Shown piece after piece: positions 1 through 13,579 of a DNA stretch of 64,000 nt. This DNA comes from Okamejei kenojei. Taxonomy: Eukaryota. The position numbers and the translations under genes are program-made. Below the pieces are notes generated by a model, which was given only the letters and a program-made list of their open reading frames with translations, was not told the origin of the DNA and made no database searches. The first letter of the stretch is position 1; every line of letters starts with the position of its first letter. The stretch is from assembly GCA_035221665.1 (NCBI GenBank), contig CM069162.1, positions 9,734,001-9,798,000 of the forward strand, written 5' to 3'.

Positions 1-1039
1 TCAATATTGTGTATGCTTCAAATGGTGCAGCGAGAATGAAGGAACTTGGTTCAATTAGTGGTTTGATGTAGTTGCAGTGTGTGAGCTCCCTGCTATTATT
101 ATTGGGCGTAGATATCACAAGCTGCTTGCTGTGTATATTGATTATTTGTATTGCATGAAGTTTTATCATGGAAAGAAATTTAGACTCCATAAATTCTCAG
201 GAAGAGATACTTTTTAATATATCATATATGTAAAATGTAGGTCCCTTTTTTAAATCTATGGTGCTAAATTTGCGTACATGATAATCAAACTGTTCATATG
301 ACTCAAATACAAATATTCATGTTTGTAAATAATGAACTATTGTTTGCAATGAATGGTAAGCATGAAACAATTGGACTATCATTAATGATGTTCATTATCC
401 ACTGAAATGGCTTGCCAATCGCCTAATTGTTACCAAATTATTGAAAGTAATTGAATTTGGGGCAGTTGTCTTGCAGACAATTCAATGACAATATGGACAG
501 TGTGCGGCTCAAAGCTGTTTCCAGTATGCCCAACAAGGTACTTGGGCAAATCGTGTCTTACTCGTAGGTCAAATCCTTGATACATTGGGGCAGAATGATA
601 TATTTGCGTGGTGATGTGAATGGGACAGAAGATGGAGGTGGAATAGCCCTGGAATCATCAATATTGACTCTATAATCTTCCACTGAAAAAAAAAGTGTTT
701 TGATAATCATCTTAGGCACTCGTTCAACTGTATTGCTTTATGTTCAACAGTAATTCTGACTTAATAATAACACTGCGAATAGTAATCATTCAAAATTGGA
801 AGAAACTTTTCTTGAATCTGGTGGTATTTGCTATTAAGCTTTTGTGTCTTGTGCACGACAGGAGAGGTGAGAAAATGGAATGAATGGGTCCTTGATTATA
901 TTGGCTGCTTTCTTCAGGCAGGGTGAAATGTAGAAGAGAGTCGAAAGGGGATGATTGTTTTAGACACCCTCCCATCATCTATTGGAGTGCGATAAAATAC
1001 TCGGATGAATGTTACTTCAATAGTATTCGATTACAAGCA

Positions 1040-1430
1040 CCACCCAGAACAAAGCAATGTGCTTAATCACTGCACGTCCACTATCTAAAATATTCATTCC
1101 CTTCACGACTGATGTATCTTGGCTGCACTGATTACTTTGGACTATGCATTGCAGCAATTTGCCAAGTAATTTTTGATAGACTTTCCAAACCTTTAACCAC
1201 CTAAATCTGGAACAGCAAGAGCAGGAAGGTGGGGCGGATACTGGAATCTTGCACATATGTGGTTCTTTCAACACCATTGGGTCAAATTCTTAAACACCCG
1301 ACCTAACACACAATCTCAACACATTGTGCAAGGGGTTTACCACAAAGATTGCATGCCACCTTTTCAAGAGGAGATTTGATGGACAATAAATGCTGGATTT
1401 GCTGTATGTGGTACCCACATTCTTTGTATG
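1040..1430 (+). mobile_element. Old degraded LINE 3' fragment (CR1/L2-like elasmobranch family)
   Basis: Decayed RT C-terminal-like sequence followed by a 3' UTR with AATAAA (ggacaataaatgctgg); similar to minus-strand copies at 13.6, 26.5 and 62.4 kb. Confidence 0.45.
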
Positions 1431-2799
1431 AAAAAGGAACGACTTCTCTGTACTTGCACAAACAATAAATGACCATAACAGCATAATGCGCATCAGTGAA
1501 ATGGATCTGTGCTTCTCAACTGGTCTGACCTTGCACTCCAAACAGCTGTGGTTTCTGGTTAATTTGTCTTGGCACTTCACAGGAGCCCTAACTGTAAGCT
1601 TGCTTCCAAGCCTCAAGGAATTTCCACATCAGATTAATTTGACAATGACCTGATAGATTAAAATCTGGCAATATCTCAACCAGGAATGCCCTAATTTACT
1701 TTATAATTAAGCTATCAATGCACAAATACCTAAGCAAAATGTAAAAAAGAGCATACAGTATATGACATTTTTGCTCATTTCCAATAATTTATTAATATGT
1801 TTTGTGGACCCATTCTTGTTCTGCATGCTTGTACAGGGTTTGATAATTACAATTCATTAGATTATTTGTAAGTAGAAATATTTTAGCGTGAGACTTCAAG
1901 AAGAATTGAATATTTTTTATATCTTTAACTGCACAAAGTGGTATATTTATTTGTGAATAGTGACCATTCTATGATTGTTATCCATTTCCTTTTTAATAGT
2001 GTGTTATCCTGTTTCATGCTCTTATTCTGACACTTAACTAAGTTATGCATTGCTGTAAGTGCAGTGGCATGTAAAATAAATGTATTTCATTCATCCTTAT
2101 CGTGAAGTGCAATGGGCTCTTAAATCTAACAATGACTAAATATTTGCATTAAGTATTCTAATGGTCGTGATGTTGAAGCAAATGCAAGGCTTGTAGCATA
2201 GCATACGAGAACAAATAAAATGTAGTTTCCAAGAATACTCTTCATGGGAATTACTGCATAAAATGCCAAGCCAGATAATAATCAAACTAGCGTAATTGAA
2301 TGTTGAGAAAACAATCCATATTATAGGATGTGTAAAATAAACGCATTAATTATGTTATTATGCGTTCCCACTACCACACTATAACACATTCGCTTCTCAA
2401 AGTTGTAACTGATGCAGCCATAATTGTCACGGGAAGATACTAAAATTCAATACGAATGTAGTAAAGCAAATTGATTGATGGGAAAGCTATGCGCTTCCTG
2501 CATGTTGTATATGCAAGTATTAATTAGATCTGGTTGCTTGCTTAAATAGGAATATGATCAATGCTGAATGCCCTTAGCACTAGGTATAAAACAATAATAG
2601 AAAACTGAGGAAGATTTTATTTAGAGATTTGTACAAGCTACTAATTGGAAGCTTTTTTGAGAAAGAAGTTCTGTTATCAAAGATTTAGTGGACCATAAAC
2701 AGGATGCGTGACTGAATCTTTTCTAATTCAGTAAAATACACTTTGGACACAGACTATATCGCAGAGGGATATTGTGATATTCTGCATTTAAAAAAAAAA

Positions 2800-3480
2800 T
2801 TAGCTGCAAACCTGCTCTTGTCAGTTATCGAAAGACCAGGCGGTGAATAGTTGGTGGAAACGAGAAGGAAAAGGGGAATTTGGAATTGAGGCGTTTTCCA
2901 AAGAAATTGAAAGTCCAGTCAATTTCCTGTGCAGATTAATTTATCCAGTACCTGAATATTTATTGATGATATGTATGAAGGGACTAAAGTGCATTCTAGC
3001 CAGATTAACTGACGGTACAAGGAAAGGTAGGCTAAAATGTGTTGAGACAATCTGAGGAGGGATATAGATCTGTTAAAGAGTGGGGAAAGAAGTTGAGAGG
3101 TGGAGTATAATGTTGAAAAATATAGTTATTCACTTTGGAAGGAAGAAAGGCAGCAAATTATTATTTAAAAAGAGCCTACAAAATGATGCAATACAAAGCA
3201 ATGTGGGGATTTTAAGTGCATGAAGTTGCTGAAGATGTGGAATGTTGGCCAGAGATATGGATTAGAAAAAATTATTTTGATGTAACTTTACATGATTCTA
3301 GTCAGTATCATCTATTAGCATCCAGAGTACTGCACACAATTTAGTGTCAATATTTAAGAAAATATATACAATCTTCTGGGAAATTCAGGTAGGAAAAGAT
3401 TTTGGAAATGCTCCTGGAAAAAAATATATCTGGTAGAATGGGATTAATATATGAATCCCAGGACACTTGTTGATCATTGT
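2800..3480 (+). mobile_element. Old degraded CR1 LINE fragment
   Basis: Residual similarity to CR1 RT (gatatagatc...gagtggg...ggagtataatgttg...gttattcactttgga; ccagagtactgcacacaattt). Confidence 0.55.
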
Positions 3481-4150
3481 TCCACTAGCCTGATTCAAAG
3501 CCTAGTATTATAAAACATATCACTGAGGTTGGAGGTAATGCTATAACTGTAACCCTAACTCTTTCAGCAAGTAACAGATAATGTGCAGGTATTGATGAAC
3601 AAATGAACTGTGCCATTTTAGCTTATGAAAATGACGCAGTGCTCTGTACACATATCGTTGGTAGCTAAACTTTGTGCTATGAGGTAACAAGAAGATGGTG
3701 TGCCTATCATTTCACGCAACTGGAAACTTGAACATGGCAGCAAATTTTCATGCAAATTAATTATTTATTTCAAACCTGATAACAAAAAATGTATTTTTAT
3801 CTATAGCTCTCATCATGTTTTTTGATATTACATAATTTGCTTCAGCCAATATTAAATATTGGTTTCCAGGACGTTTGTGTCCTGCATCTATGCGAGTAAT
3901 TGTCAGAAGCCAGATCTTTCATCAGTGTCCATTGGGAACTCCATTGAGACTTGGATGGAATCAGCTTTGGGAACTTATTTTACTTAAGTGCAGTAGGGAG
4001 ATCCATGCACAGGTTACTTGTCGTTTGGTCTTCTAGTCTGTAATATCCCATGGTCTGCATGAGGTGCCCTATTGCTTTATTCCTTACAGATTCAACTATT
4101 TTGATGTTGATCTCAATGTTTTATAGGTAAATGCTAACATTCTTTTACGC

Positions 4151-4506
4151 TGTAGAGGCACCAAATGTGGTGAACAAATGGGTTACTTTATTCAGGCATA
4201 AAAGGTTTGTTATACATGCACATTGGTCCTCGAACATAAAGTTGTTGTTGCTGCTGCGAGGCTGTTGCCTTGTGGGCTCGAGCTGTGCCCCTGCTGAGGT
4301 GGAATGACTCTCGCCTCTAGAGGGAAGAGAGCTGGTCAGCTTGAAGTAAGAGAGAGGGAGAGAGAGATGGTTGTCCCTGGGTTCGTTATATATCCCAGGA
4401 CACACCCCTGTACCCCGTGACAAATTCCTCCCTGCCATTGACCAGTCACATGACTGAATGCTGAGCGTTCGTGTAGCTAATGGCTCAACCATCGGGTGCC
4501 GCCACA
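4151..4506 (-). mobile_element. Solo LTR (Gypsy-like), 356 bp
   Basis: TG...CA termini; flanks acgc/tcgc (3 of 4 matching, consistent with a 4-bp TSD). On the minus strand a TATA-like box (~4387-4393) precedes AATAAA (~4187-4192). GC-richer than its flanks. Confidence 0.6.
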
Positions 4507-4692
4507 TCGCAAAGGTTATATTACACCATTCGTTACACGTTTATTATTATTCCTTGTCATTTCCATTGCTTTGATTTATGGATTTATTATGCCTGGACTT
4601 CAACATCCACTTTTTTTACACTTTAATCCCTGAACATTATAATATTTCCTCACGTTAAGCTAATTTGAGCACTAACCTATCATCTGCTGGAT

Positions 4693-4828
4693 CAATCTGA
4701 AGAAGGGTCTCGACCCGATATTTCACCTATTCCTTTGCTCCATAGATGTTGCCTCACTCGCTGAGTTTCTCCAGCATTTTTGTCTCCCTTCGATTTTTCC
4801 AGCATCTGCAGTTCTTTCTTAAACAATG
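4693..4828 (+). mobile_element. Short Penelope-derived (pLTR/hammerhead) insertion
   Basis: ctgaagaagggtctcgaccc...ctgcagttctttct consensus; 12-bp TSD catctgctggat at 4681-4692 and 4829-4840. Confidence 0.75.
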
Positions 4829-4944
4829 CATCTGCTGGATAATGTTGATTGGTTTCCCTTGGAGCCTCTTCTTTCTTGCAGTGAGTCAACTGGGCACCCA
4901 GCTGATAGACACAAAGTACTGGAGTAATTCAGCAGGGCAGGGAG

Positions 4945-5480
4945 CATAGAGTCATAGAGTGATACAGTGTGGAAACAGGCCCTTCGGCCCAACACGCCCA
5001 TACCCGCCAACAATGTCCCAGCTGCACTAGTCCCACTTGCCTGTGCTTGGTCCATATCCCTCCAAACCTGTCTAACTGTTTCTTAAACAATGGGATAGTC
5101 CCAGCCTCAACTATCTCTTCTGGCAGCTTGTTCCATACATCCACCACCCTTTGAGTGAAAAAGTTACTGCTCAGATTCCTATTAAATCTTTTCCCCTTCA
5201 CCTTAAACCTATGTCCTATGGTCCTCTATTCCCCTATTCTGGGCAAAAGACTGCGCATCGACCCGATCTATTCCTCTCATGATTTTGTGTACCTTTGTAA
5301 GATCTCCCCTCATCTTCCTGCACTCCACGGAATAGAGACCCACCCTACTCAACCATTCCCTATAGCTCGCACCCTCTAGTCCTGGCAACATCCTCGTAAA
5401 ACTTTTCTGAACCCTTTCAAGCTTGACAATATATTTCCTATAACATAGTGACCAGAACTGAACACAATATTCTAAATGGG
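4945..5480 (-). mobile_element. CR1 LINE 3' end inserted in a Penelope-derived short element
   Basis: Minus ORFs read HLEYCVQFWS...LERVQKSFTRMLPGL and FFTQRVVDVWNKLP; (CTATGACT)-type tail at the left end. Halves of the host element lie at ~4905-4944 and ~5488-5554. Confidence 0.85.
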
Positions 5481-5555
5481 TTCTCGTGCGGGACAGGCAG
5501 CATCTCTGCAGAGAAGGAATGGATGATGTTTTGGGTCGAGACCCTTCTTCAGACA

Positions 5556-5775
5556 TGTTCCAGGCATCCTCTGTGTAAAGAACTTGCCCCGCACATCTTT
5601 AAACTTTTCCCCGCTCATCTTAAAGCTATCCCACTAGTCTTTAACATTTCCACTCTGGGGAAAAAGGTTCTGGCTGCTTACCCTTTGTCTGCTTCTCATA
5701 ATTTTTTATAATTCGATCAGGTCTCCCCTCAACCTCCAACGCTCCAGAGAAAACAATCTAAGTTGTGTCCTCACT
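5556..5775 (-). mobile_element. CR1 LINE fragment
   Basis: gtctcccctcaacctccaacgctccagagaaaacaatcta is a typical reverse-strand CR1 RT C-terminal segment. Confidence 0.7.
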
Positions 5776-6305
5776 CAGAGAGCGATGGTTATTATCTGTG
5801 GATGTGTAATCGGCCTTTCTTGAAATCCACGAAAATGTACAATCTACTGTGGCATAAAATGTTTGTTAAATTCAGTGTAAACCTTTTCAAATAATTGCAT
5901 TCTTAGTGTCTGACCAAATGTAATATCAGGCAACATTTTAAGACATAAATCTCTTAAGATTCTTTCTTGCACTTTAAGAGGCTTCTGTGTTAATTCATCA
6001 TTGAAATGTTTACCTAGTTTAAATTGCAGTTGCATCATAAAACCAGTGAAATGTCCATGTAATTACTAATTTTCTCATTTTTAATCATCCATAAAAGCCA
6101 TGAAGCATACAAAAACGAAATAAAAGCTTACACGGGCAGGAAATAGCAGCCTATCGGAGGACCCAGATGTGTGTACATTAGAATGATTGTTCACCCTCGG
6201 GCTGTTGAACTCTACTTCCTTTTTATGTAATAACATTAGGACCTGGTTGTTTATACAAAAATAACTCCTTTATGGTTTTAAAATAAAACCTGGAGTTCTG
6301 AAATA

Positions 6306-8135
6306 CAGTGCCCCCCATAATGTCTGGGACAAAGACCCATCATTTATTTATTTGCCTCTGTACTCCAGAATTTGAGATTTGTAATAAAAATCACACATGG
6401 TTAATGTGCACATTGTCAGATTTTATTAAAGGGTATTTATAGACATTTTGGTTTCACATGTAGGAATTCTTCTTTCAGTGTCCATCTTATTACAAATGTT
6501 GATATCGCTGTCATCGTCCATCCTGAAAAGGACGCAAGCTTCCGGCGACAATCAGTGGAAGCCATCACTTGTCGCAATAGATGATGATGGTAGCAGAATT
6601 AGCTCAGGATATTTCCAGTTTCCAGCCCTGCGACATGGATGTTTCTGCTATGGGGCCATGTAGAAATTACAGCTGTGTTTATACATAGTCTCTCCCCCTC
6701 CCCATTTCAGGGCACCATAATTTTTGGGACACATGGCTTCACAGGCTTTGTAATTGCCTCCTTAATGCAGGTATAAGAAAGCTCTCAGCACCTCGTTCTT
6801 CCTCCAGTTTTTCCATCAGCTTTAGAAACTTTTATTACTGTTTATCAACATGAGGACCAAAGTTCTGCCAATGAAAGTCAAAGAAGCCATTATGAGACTG
6901 AGAAACAAGGATAAAACTGTTAGTGATATCAGCCAAACCTCAGATTACCAAAATCAACTGTTTAGAACATCATTAAGAAGAAAGAGAGCACTGGTTAGTA
7001 TACTAATCGTAAAGGGACTGGTAGGCCAAGTAAGACTTCCAGAGCTGATGACAGAAGAATTCTGTCTATAATAAAGACAAATCCCCAAACACCTGTCCGA
7101 CAGATCAGAAACACTCGTCGGGAGTCAGGTGTGGATTTGTCAATGACCATTGTCTGCAGAAGACTTCATGAACAGAAATACAGAGGCTACACTGCAAGAT
7201 GCAAACCACTGGCTAGCCACAAAAATAGGATAGCCAGATTACAGTTTGCCAAGAAGTACTTAAAAGAGCAACCACCATTCTGGAATAAGTTCTTGTGGAC
7301 AGATGAGATGAAGATGAACCTATATCAGTGTGATGGCAAGAGCAAAGTATGGAGGAGACAAGGAAAGGCCCAAGATCCAAAGCATACCACCTCATCTGTG
7401 AAGCACGGTGGTGGGATTGTTTTGGCCTGGGCATGTATGGCTGCTGAAGGTACTGGCTCACTTCTCTTCATTGATGATACAACTGCTGATGGTAGTAGCA
7501 TAATGCAATCTGAAGTGTATATAGATGTCCTATCTGCTCAAGTTCAAACAAATGCCTCAAAACTCATTGGCCGGCGGTTCATTCTACAGCAAGACAATGA
7601 TCCCAAACATCCTGCTGAATCAACAAGGGAGATTTTCAAAGCTAAATAATTGTCATTTCTTGAGTGGCCAAGTCAATTACCTGATCTGAACACAGATGAG
7701 CATGCCTTTTATATGCTGAAGAGAAAACTGAAAAGGACTAGCCCCCCAAACAAGCATAAGCCAAAGATGGTTGCAATACAGGCTTGGCTGAGCTTCACCA
7801 AAGACACCCAGCAACTGGTGATATCCATGAATCACAGACTTCAAGCAGTCATTGCATGCAAAGAATATGCAACAAAATACTAAACATGACTACTTTCATT
7901 TTCATGACATTCATGTGTCCCAAACATTATTGTACCCCGAAATTGGGGGGGGGGGCGCTATGTATAAACACTACTGTAATGTCTACATGGTGAAACCAAA
8001 ACGTACAAAAAGGGCCTTTATTAAAATCTGACAATGTGCACTTTAACCACATGTGATTTTTTTTTTCTATTGCAAATCTCAAATTGTGAAGTACAGAGGC
8101 AAATAAATAAATGATGGGTCTTTGTCCCAAACATT
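6306..8135 (+). mobile_element. Tc1/mariner DNA transposon, IR/DR type, decayed
   Basis: TA + CAGTG start; ~220-bp inverted terminal repeats with inner and outer direct repeats (ataatg/ttt..gggaca; tgtcccaaacatt). The right ITR lacks its terminal ~13 bp; the left ITR carries a ~200-bp insertion. Confidence 0.93.
6850..7883 (+). pseudogene. Tc1 DD34E transposase, frameshifted with an internal stop
   Basis: HTH N-terminus (MRTKVLPMKVKEAI), LWTDE, SVKHGGG, QQDNDPKH, WPSQLPDLNTDEH; 34 residues between the second D and E; stop at 7647-7649. Confidence 0.92.
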
Positions 8136-9499
8136 GCAGCATTTCAAAAAGCAATTTTGTTTTGTGGAATTGATGACATAAGCCTGTGGGCACTTAGAAT
8201 GTAAAGGGAGTTAATTTCATAGCACATGAACAGTAAGTTAATGCATTATTTTTAAATGAAATATTTGAGAAACTACAGAAAGTAATGTTTAGATGCGTAC
8301 TGCAATGTTCCCTGTTATTTAAGTAATGTTGCACTCCTGTGGGCTCTGCAACGCATTAAATGACAAGTGCTCAAAATAACAACAGAGTTATTTTGGCAAT
8401 TTATTAAAGTCAGCATCATAATATGTGAAAGGAATGTGCAGCAGAGATTTCTATTGTCTGCCAACTACTGCAGTACGAATAAATATATTGGATGACAAAG
8501 AATAATTTATGAACTGCTCAAGGCACATAATCCATATTTATATTTTAAATAGCACTGTTAGATGTTTGAGCATCTTTAAAAAAAAAATGGTTTGTTCTAA
8601 CATAATAAATTGAAAATAAATGCTTAGGAATCAAACATCGGATGAAATTTGTTGTAAATTATTATTATGAACGTTGTGCCTCTTGGAAATTTTTTTAATT
8701 ACTTTTAATCTCGGAAAATTCTCCTTAAATTAAAAATTGGGTTTACATTGAAAAGAGCTTCCTCTGGATAGGCCGTGATTACTCCAGTAGCTACTGAATT
8801 TGAGATACTTCATCTTGGTGTTTTACTATGGTACTTACATCATTGCTGACGGTAGAAAACAATTTGCTTTGAATGGTTGATAATAAACTGATTTACATTT
8901 ATAATGAAAATGGAAAAAAAAATCTCTTTTTACGAATCTTTTTCACCATTTATTTCAGTTGTATGATCTGGCAATCTCATTCTGTCGAACAAATAAAATC
9001 GTGGTATGCAGTTTTCAATCATTTATACTGCCTGTGATTCTTTACTTATTATTGAAACGGGGTGGTACAATGAAAAAAGCTTGTGAATGCATTCCTGTAA
9101 TGTTGACCGTGGGAGTTTAAATTATAATTCTCCCAATCAAAGGCTTCTGTAAATATTCTAAGGATTTGGTGAATCAGGCAGAATAAAATTGCACTATTTT
9201 CAACTCCTCGACTGCCTATGCCATCTTTTACTATGGGATAAGAAACAGTCAGATTTTGTGGAGCTGGGATTGAGAATGTGAAATGAAGTTAGGCCATATT
9301 GATGAATACATAGAAGACTTTGAAGAAGGCAAAGATTAAGCATGAACAAAAAATGGGTGATAATAGTGACAGGACATAATGGGCAAAACAGAATCTTTAA
9401 GAGGAAATAATTTAACACCTTTAGGAAATAACCAGGTATGTGAAATCATGTAGTTGGAATCACAACAATCTTCAAACAGTTATGGCACTAACATTACCA

Positions 9500-12390
9500 A
9501 TACATTTATTTATAGCCAGGATAAAACAAAATGATGGAAACACTCACCAGGTTAGAATAAGTTATTTTCAGTCGAAGAGATGTTTGGAAGTGATGAGTAG
9601 AGTAAAGAGTATCTCAAATAAACTGGTACTCAGAAGCCCATTTCACTTCTTTATATCTACTTTATTGTTTAAGCTGGCAAACAATATTAAAAGCGAATGG
9701 AAAGGCGAGCCAAAATAATGTTAGGCAGAAATGGCCAGTCCCGATTGGGACAAAATAAAAGAGTTGGTTACCTAAAATTTGAGAATTCAATGTTGAATCC
9801 AAGAGGCTGCAAAGTGCTCAGATGGAAGTTGAGATGTTGTTCCTTAAACTTGCATTGGGCCGTCGTTATAGTGCAGGCGTCAGAGTGAAAATATGTCAGA
9901 ATGAGAGGTGAAATTAAGATGGCAGGCAAACAGATCCTCAGGGTCATTGCTGTAGACTGTATGCAGGCGCTCTGCAAAGCCATTATCTAATCTGTAGGGA
10001 GGAACTGCAGATGAGCAAACAAAATCTGTATTTGTTTTCTCTAATATAGAGATGACAGCCATTGTGAGCACTGAATGCAGTACTTGATGGGGAAAAGTGC
10101 AAGGGAATGCTGCTTCACCTAGGATGATTGCTTATGTCCCTAGCTGGTGGGAAGGGAAGGGGGTGAAGGATAGGTGTTACAATTCTTGCAGTTTCATAAG
10201 AAAGTGCCATTAAAATGTGATTGGCTGGTGGGGATGGAGGAGCAAACATTGAATTGCAAAAGAAGCAATGTATTCAGCATGTTAATAGGGGAGGAGATGG
10301 GACGTGGTGGTTGAATCTTGTTAGAACGCACACCCGTATAATGCGATAGATTAGGTTGAATGTTAAGACTGGAGGGATGATAACCGGTGGTCTCTTGTTC
10401 TTGCTCTGTCTAAGAGGAGAGGGATTGAGAGCGGAGAACAGATGTGCAATTGGATCTGCAATTGGATCCTCGACTTCCTCATTCAAAGACCACAGACTGT
10501 TCCTATTGGTGGAAATGTGCCAGCCTCGATAACATTCAGCACGGGAGCACCTCAAGGCTGCGTGCTCAGCCCCCTGCTGTACTCACTCTATACTCATGAC
10601 TGCGTAGCCGGTCATAGTGCAAACTCCATCATCAAGTTCGCTGACGACACCACTGTTGTGGGACGTATCACTGATGGGGACGAGTCAGAGTATAGAAGTG
10701 AGATCGACCGACTGACCAAATGGTGCCATCACAATAACCTGGCCCTCAACACCAGCAAAACCAAGGAACTGATTGTGGACTTTGGAAGGAGTAGGATGGG
10801 GATCCACAGTCCTGTTTATATCAACGGGTCGATGGTGGAGAGGATCAAGAGCTTCAAATTCCTGGGCGTGCATATTTCTGAAGATCTCTCCTGGTCCGAG
10901 AACACTGATGCAATTATTAAGAAAGCACATCAGCGACTCTACTTCCTGAGAAGATTACGGAGAGTCAGTATTTCAAAGAGGACACTCTCTAACTTCTATA
11001 GGTGCACAGTAGAGAGCATGCTGACCAGTTGCATCATGGCTTGGTTTGGCAACTTGAGCGCCCAGGAGCGGAAAAGACTACAAAAAGTAGTAAACACTGC
11101 CCAGTCCATCATCGACTCTGACCTCCCTACCATCGAGGGGATCTATCGCAGTCGCTGCCTCAAAAAGGCTGGCAGCATCATCAAGGACCCACACCATCCT
11201 GGCCACACACTCATCTCCCTGCTACCTTCAGGTAGAAGGTACAGGAGCCTGAAGACTACAACGTCCAGGTTCAGAAATATCTACTTCCCCACAGCCATCA
11301 GGTTATTAAACTCAACTGAAACAAATCTCTGAACACTAATAGACCATTATCTGTTTATTTGCACTTTATCTGCTTATTTATTGATGTGTGTATATATTTA
11401 TATAATGGTATAAATGCTCACTGATATGATATGTTCTGTATTCGTGCCTACTATATTCCGTTGTGCTGGATGCAAAGCAAGAATTTCATTGTCCTATCTG
11501 GGACATATGACTATTGTGACAACTCTCTTGACTTGATGAGATGCAATCAAGTGTTCTGTCCAATTTGATTGAGAATAAGCTGTGGCCAGGAAGAAGGAAG
11601 TCATTTCAAAGACATCTGTAGAATGCCTTATCGTAGGACTAAATGCAACAGAGATGGAGGAAACAGAAACATGTAAAGGAGTCCTTCAAGGAAGCGGAGT
11701 GGGGGTATTATGTCCAAGGAGGCCATGGGAATTTGCCTGCTGCCAGCCTATCTCCTGAGCTGGAGACAAAGAGATCCAGAAAAGGAAGAAGTAGAAATAG
11801 ACCATGTGAGGCAAGAGCAGGTTTGAAACCGGCAGCAAAACATGACTAAATTTTTAAGTATAAGATCGAACGTAGTTTCAGTGTAGTTTCAATGTTCCTG
11901 AAAAATAAGTTGAGGAGATGACCTAAGTCGGACTGATCAAGAATGTGCCAAGTGTTTCACAAGACAAGTGTAGCTTGGTTACGTATGTGTGCCCATAGCC
12001 AATATTTGATGTGGAGAAAATGAATGGAATTGAAGGAGGAGTTGTTCAATATGAGGACATGGTTGGCCAGGTGAATGATCATGTTGGCAGAGCATGCATA
12101 ATGCAGGCAAAGTTGTATAATTGGCTTCTAACTGGCAGATTAATTCATTTGGTTTCAGCCTATTAAATACATTGGTCCATCCGCCCCAGCCAACCGACTA
12201 CCCTCTGCACCTCAAAAATAACTTGCTGCAACTTTTCACCAAAAGTCTCCATCTCTGTTTCCTGGTACCGACAGAGGGTTGGGAACCTGAAACATTAATC
12301 ATTTCTCTTTCCACTGATGCTTTATGCTGGGTCTTCCCAGAATTTTCTGTTTTAATTTTTGTTTTTTTGGCTTTTGCAGTTTTAATTCTT
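9500..12390 (-). mobile_element. Old Penelope-like element remnant (split by a Rex1 LINE)
   Basis: ORF 9768..9983 ends KFKEQHLNFHLSTLQPLGFNIEFSNFR, the typical C-terminus of vertebrate Penelope GIY-YIG ORFs; degenerate pLTR-like ends at ~9520-9600 and ~12265-12390. Confidence 0.65.
10445..11536 (+). mobile_element. 5'-truncated Rex1/Babar-type LINE with an uninterrupted RT C-terminal ORF
   Basis: ORF 10442..11332: [53 protein letters not shown]; 3' UTR ending in a (CTTGA)n tail. Confidence 0.9.
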
Positions 12391-12859
12391 AAAAGCTGGG
12401 GTCTGGTTAATGTTCTGAAATTATAAAAATGTGGCTCTGAATTCATGATTCAACTGTTTTGTGTGGTTGAGCAACAAAGCTTTATTTTAGTGGCAATCCA
12501 AATATCTATTTGAATGGATAACAGGATTTTTTATATGGCACATTGAGACGTTTGAATTTGATAAGGTCAGGATACTGTAAAGAATATTGGTTCAGCCCCT
12601 CTGGTGCAGAATATGCACGAATGAGAATAATTTTGCATTTCTGGGCCTCTTGGCAGTTTTAGGTGATTTTTCCAAAAACTGCAAAAAGGTTTTTAATCTT
12701 GTTTTTTTCCCTGTGCTAAAACAAATGTCACTGCGGTGTTTAATAATGACGAAGTATTTTATGTATCTCAAAACTCAGAGAAATGAATATTATACATAAT
12801 CTTCAACAGTAACTAACATTATTAAAGGTAGCATTGAAATCAATAAATAATAAATCTGT

Positions 12860-13170
12860 GGGATAAAACAGAATGTATTTGTTTTAATCAAAGAAAATAG
12901 AGATGTTGGAATTCTAAAAGAAAACAGAAAATGTTGAAAGTATGCAGCTCATCGGTGGATTAGATATAATTTTGCAGCATTTTCCCGTGATCAGTTTTAT
13001 TCTGTCAGTGATATCCCTCTTTCTCCATCCTTCCTGCACGTTAACAAGCTCCTTCCGTCTCCTTCCCAGTTGTGATAAATGATATTCAACGTGAAATGGT
13101 AGCTCTGTTTCTCTTCTCACAGATGTGGCCTGATCTGCTGAGTATTTCCAGCATTCTATGTTTTTGTTTT
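12860..13170. mobile_element. Old foldback Penelope-derived element
   Basis: Inverted arms (aaaacagaaaatgttgaaagtatgcagc / gctgagtatttccagcattctatgttttt). Confidence 0.5.
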
Positions 13171-13579
13171 AACTTGTTTGAACAGGAGAACGTGCCTTAG
13201 GCTGGTATGTGTCATGTAGCACATCTACAGATTTGTTTAACACTGATGCAAAGTTTCTTATTTCAGATAAGTGCACAACCGTAGGGTTACAGCATCCACT
13301 CGTCTGAGCTAATGTTTTCACCTCAGAGAAGGTTTCAGGCATTTGTTGAATATTGGTGATATTGTGTCTCGAAGCAGCTTGAATTTCACTTTTCTAAATG
13401 CAAACTTGGTAATGCTTTCCATATATCCAAGAGAATTGCAGTTGCAGTTCAGCTCAGGAAGAGATGTGGGGGCGAAGGCTTTTCCTTGATTTATGGCTCG
13501 CGCTTTGTTTCAAATCAGTGGAAATTAATATATCATGATGATCTGTCCAGTGGGCAATAAAATAGACCAAAACTTTAAA

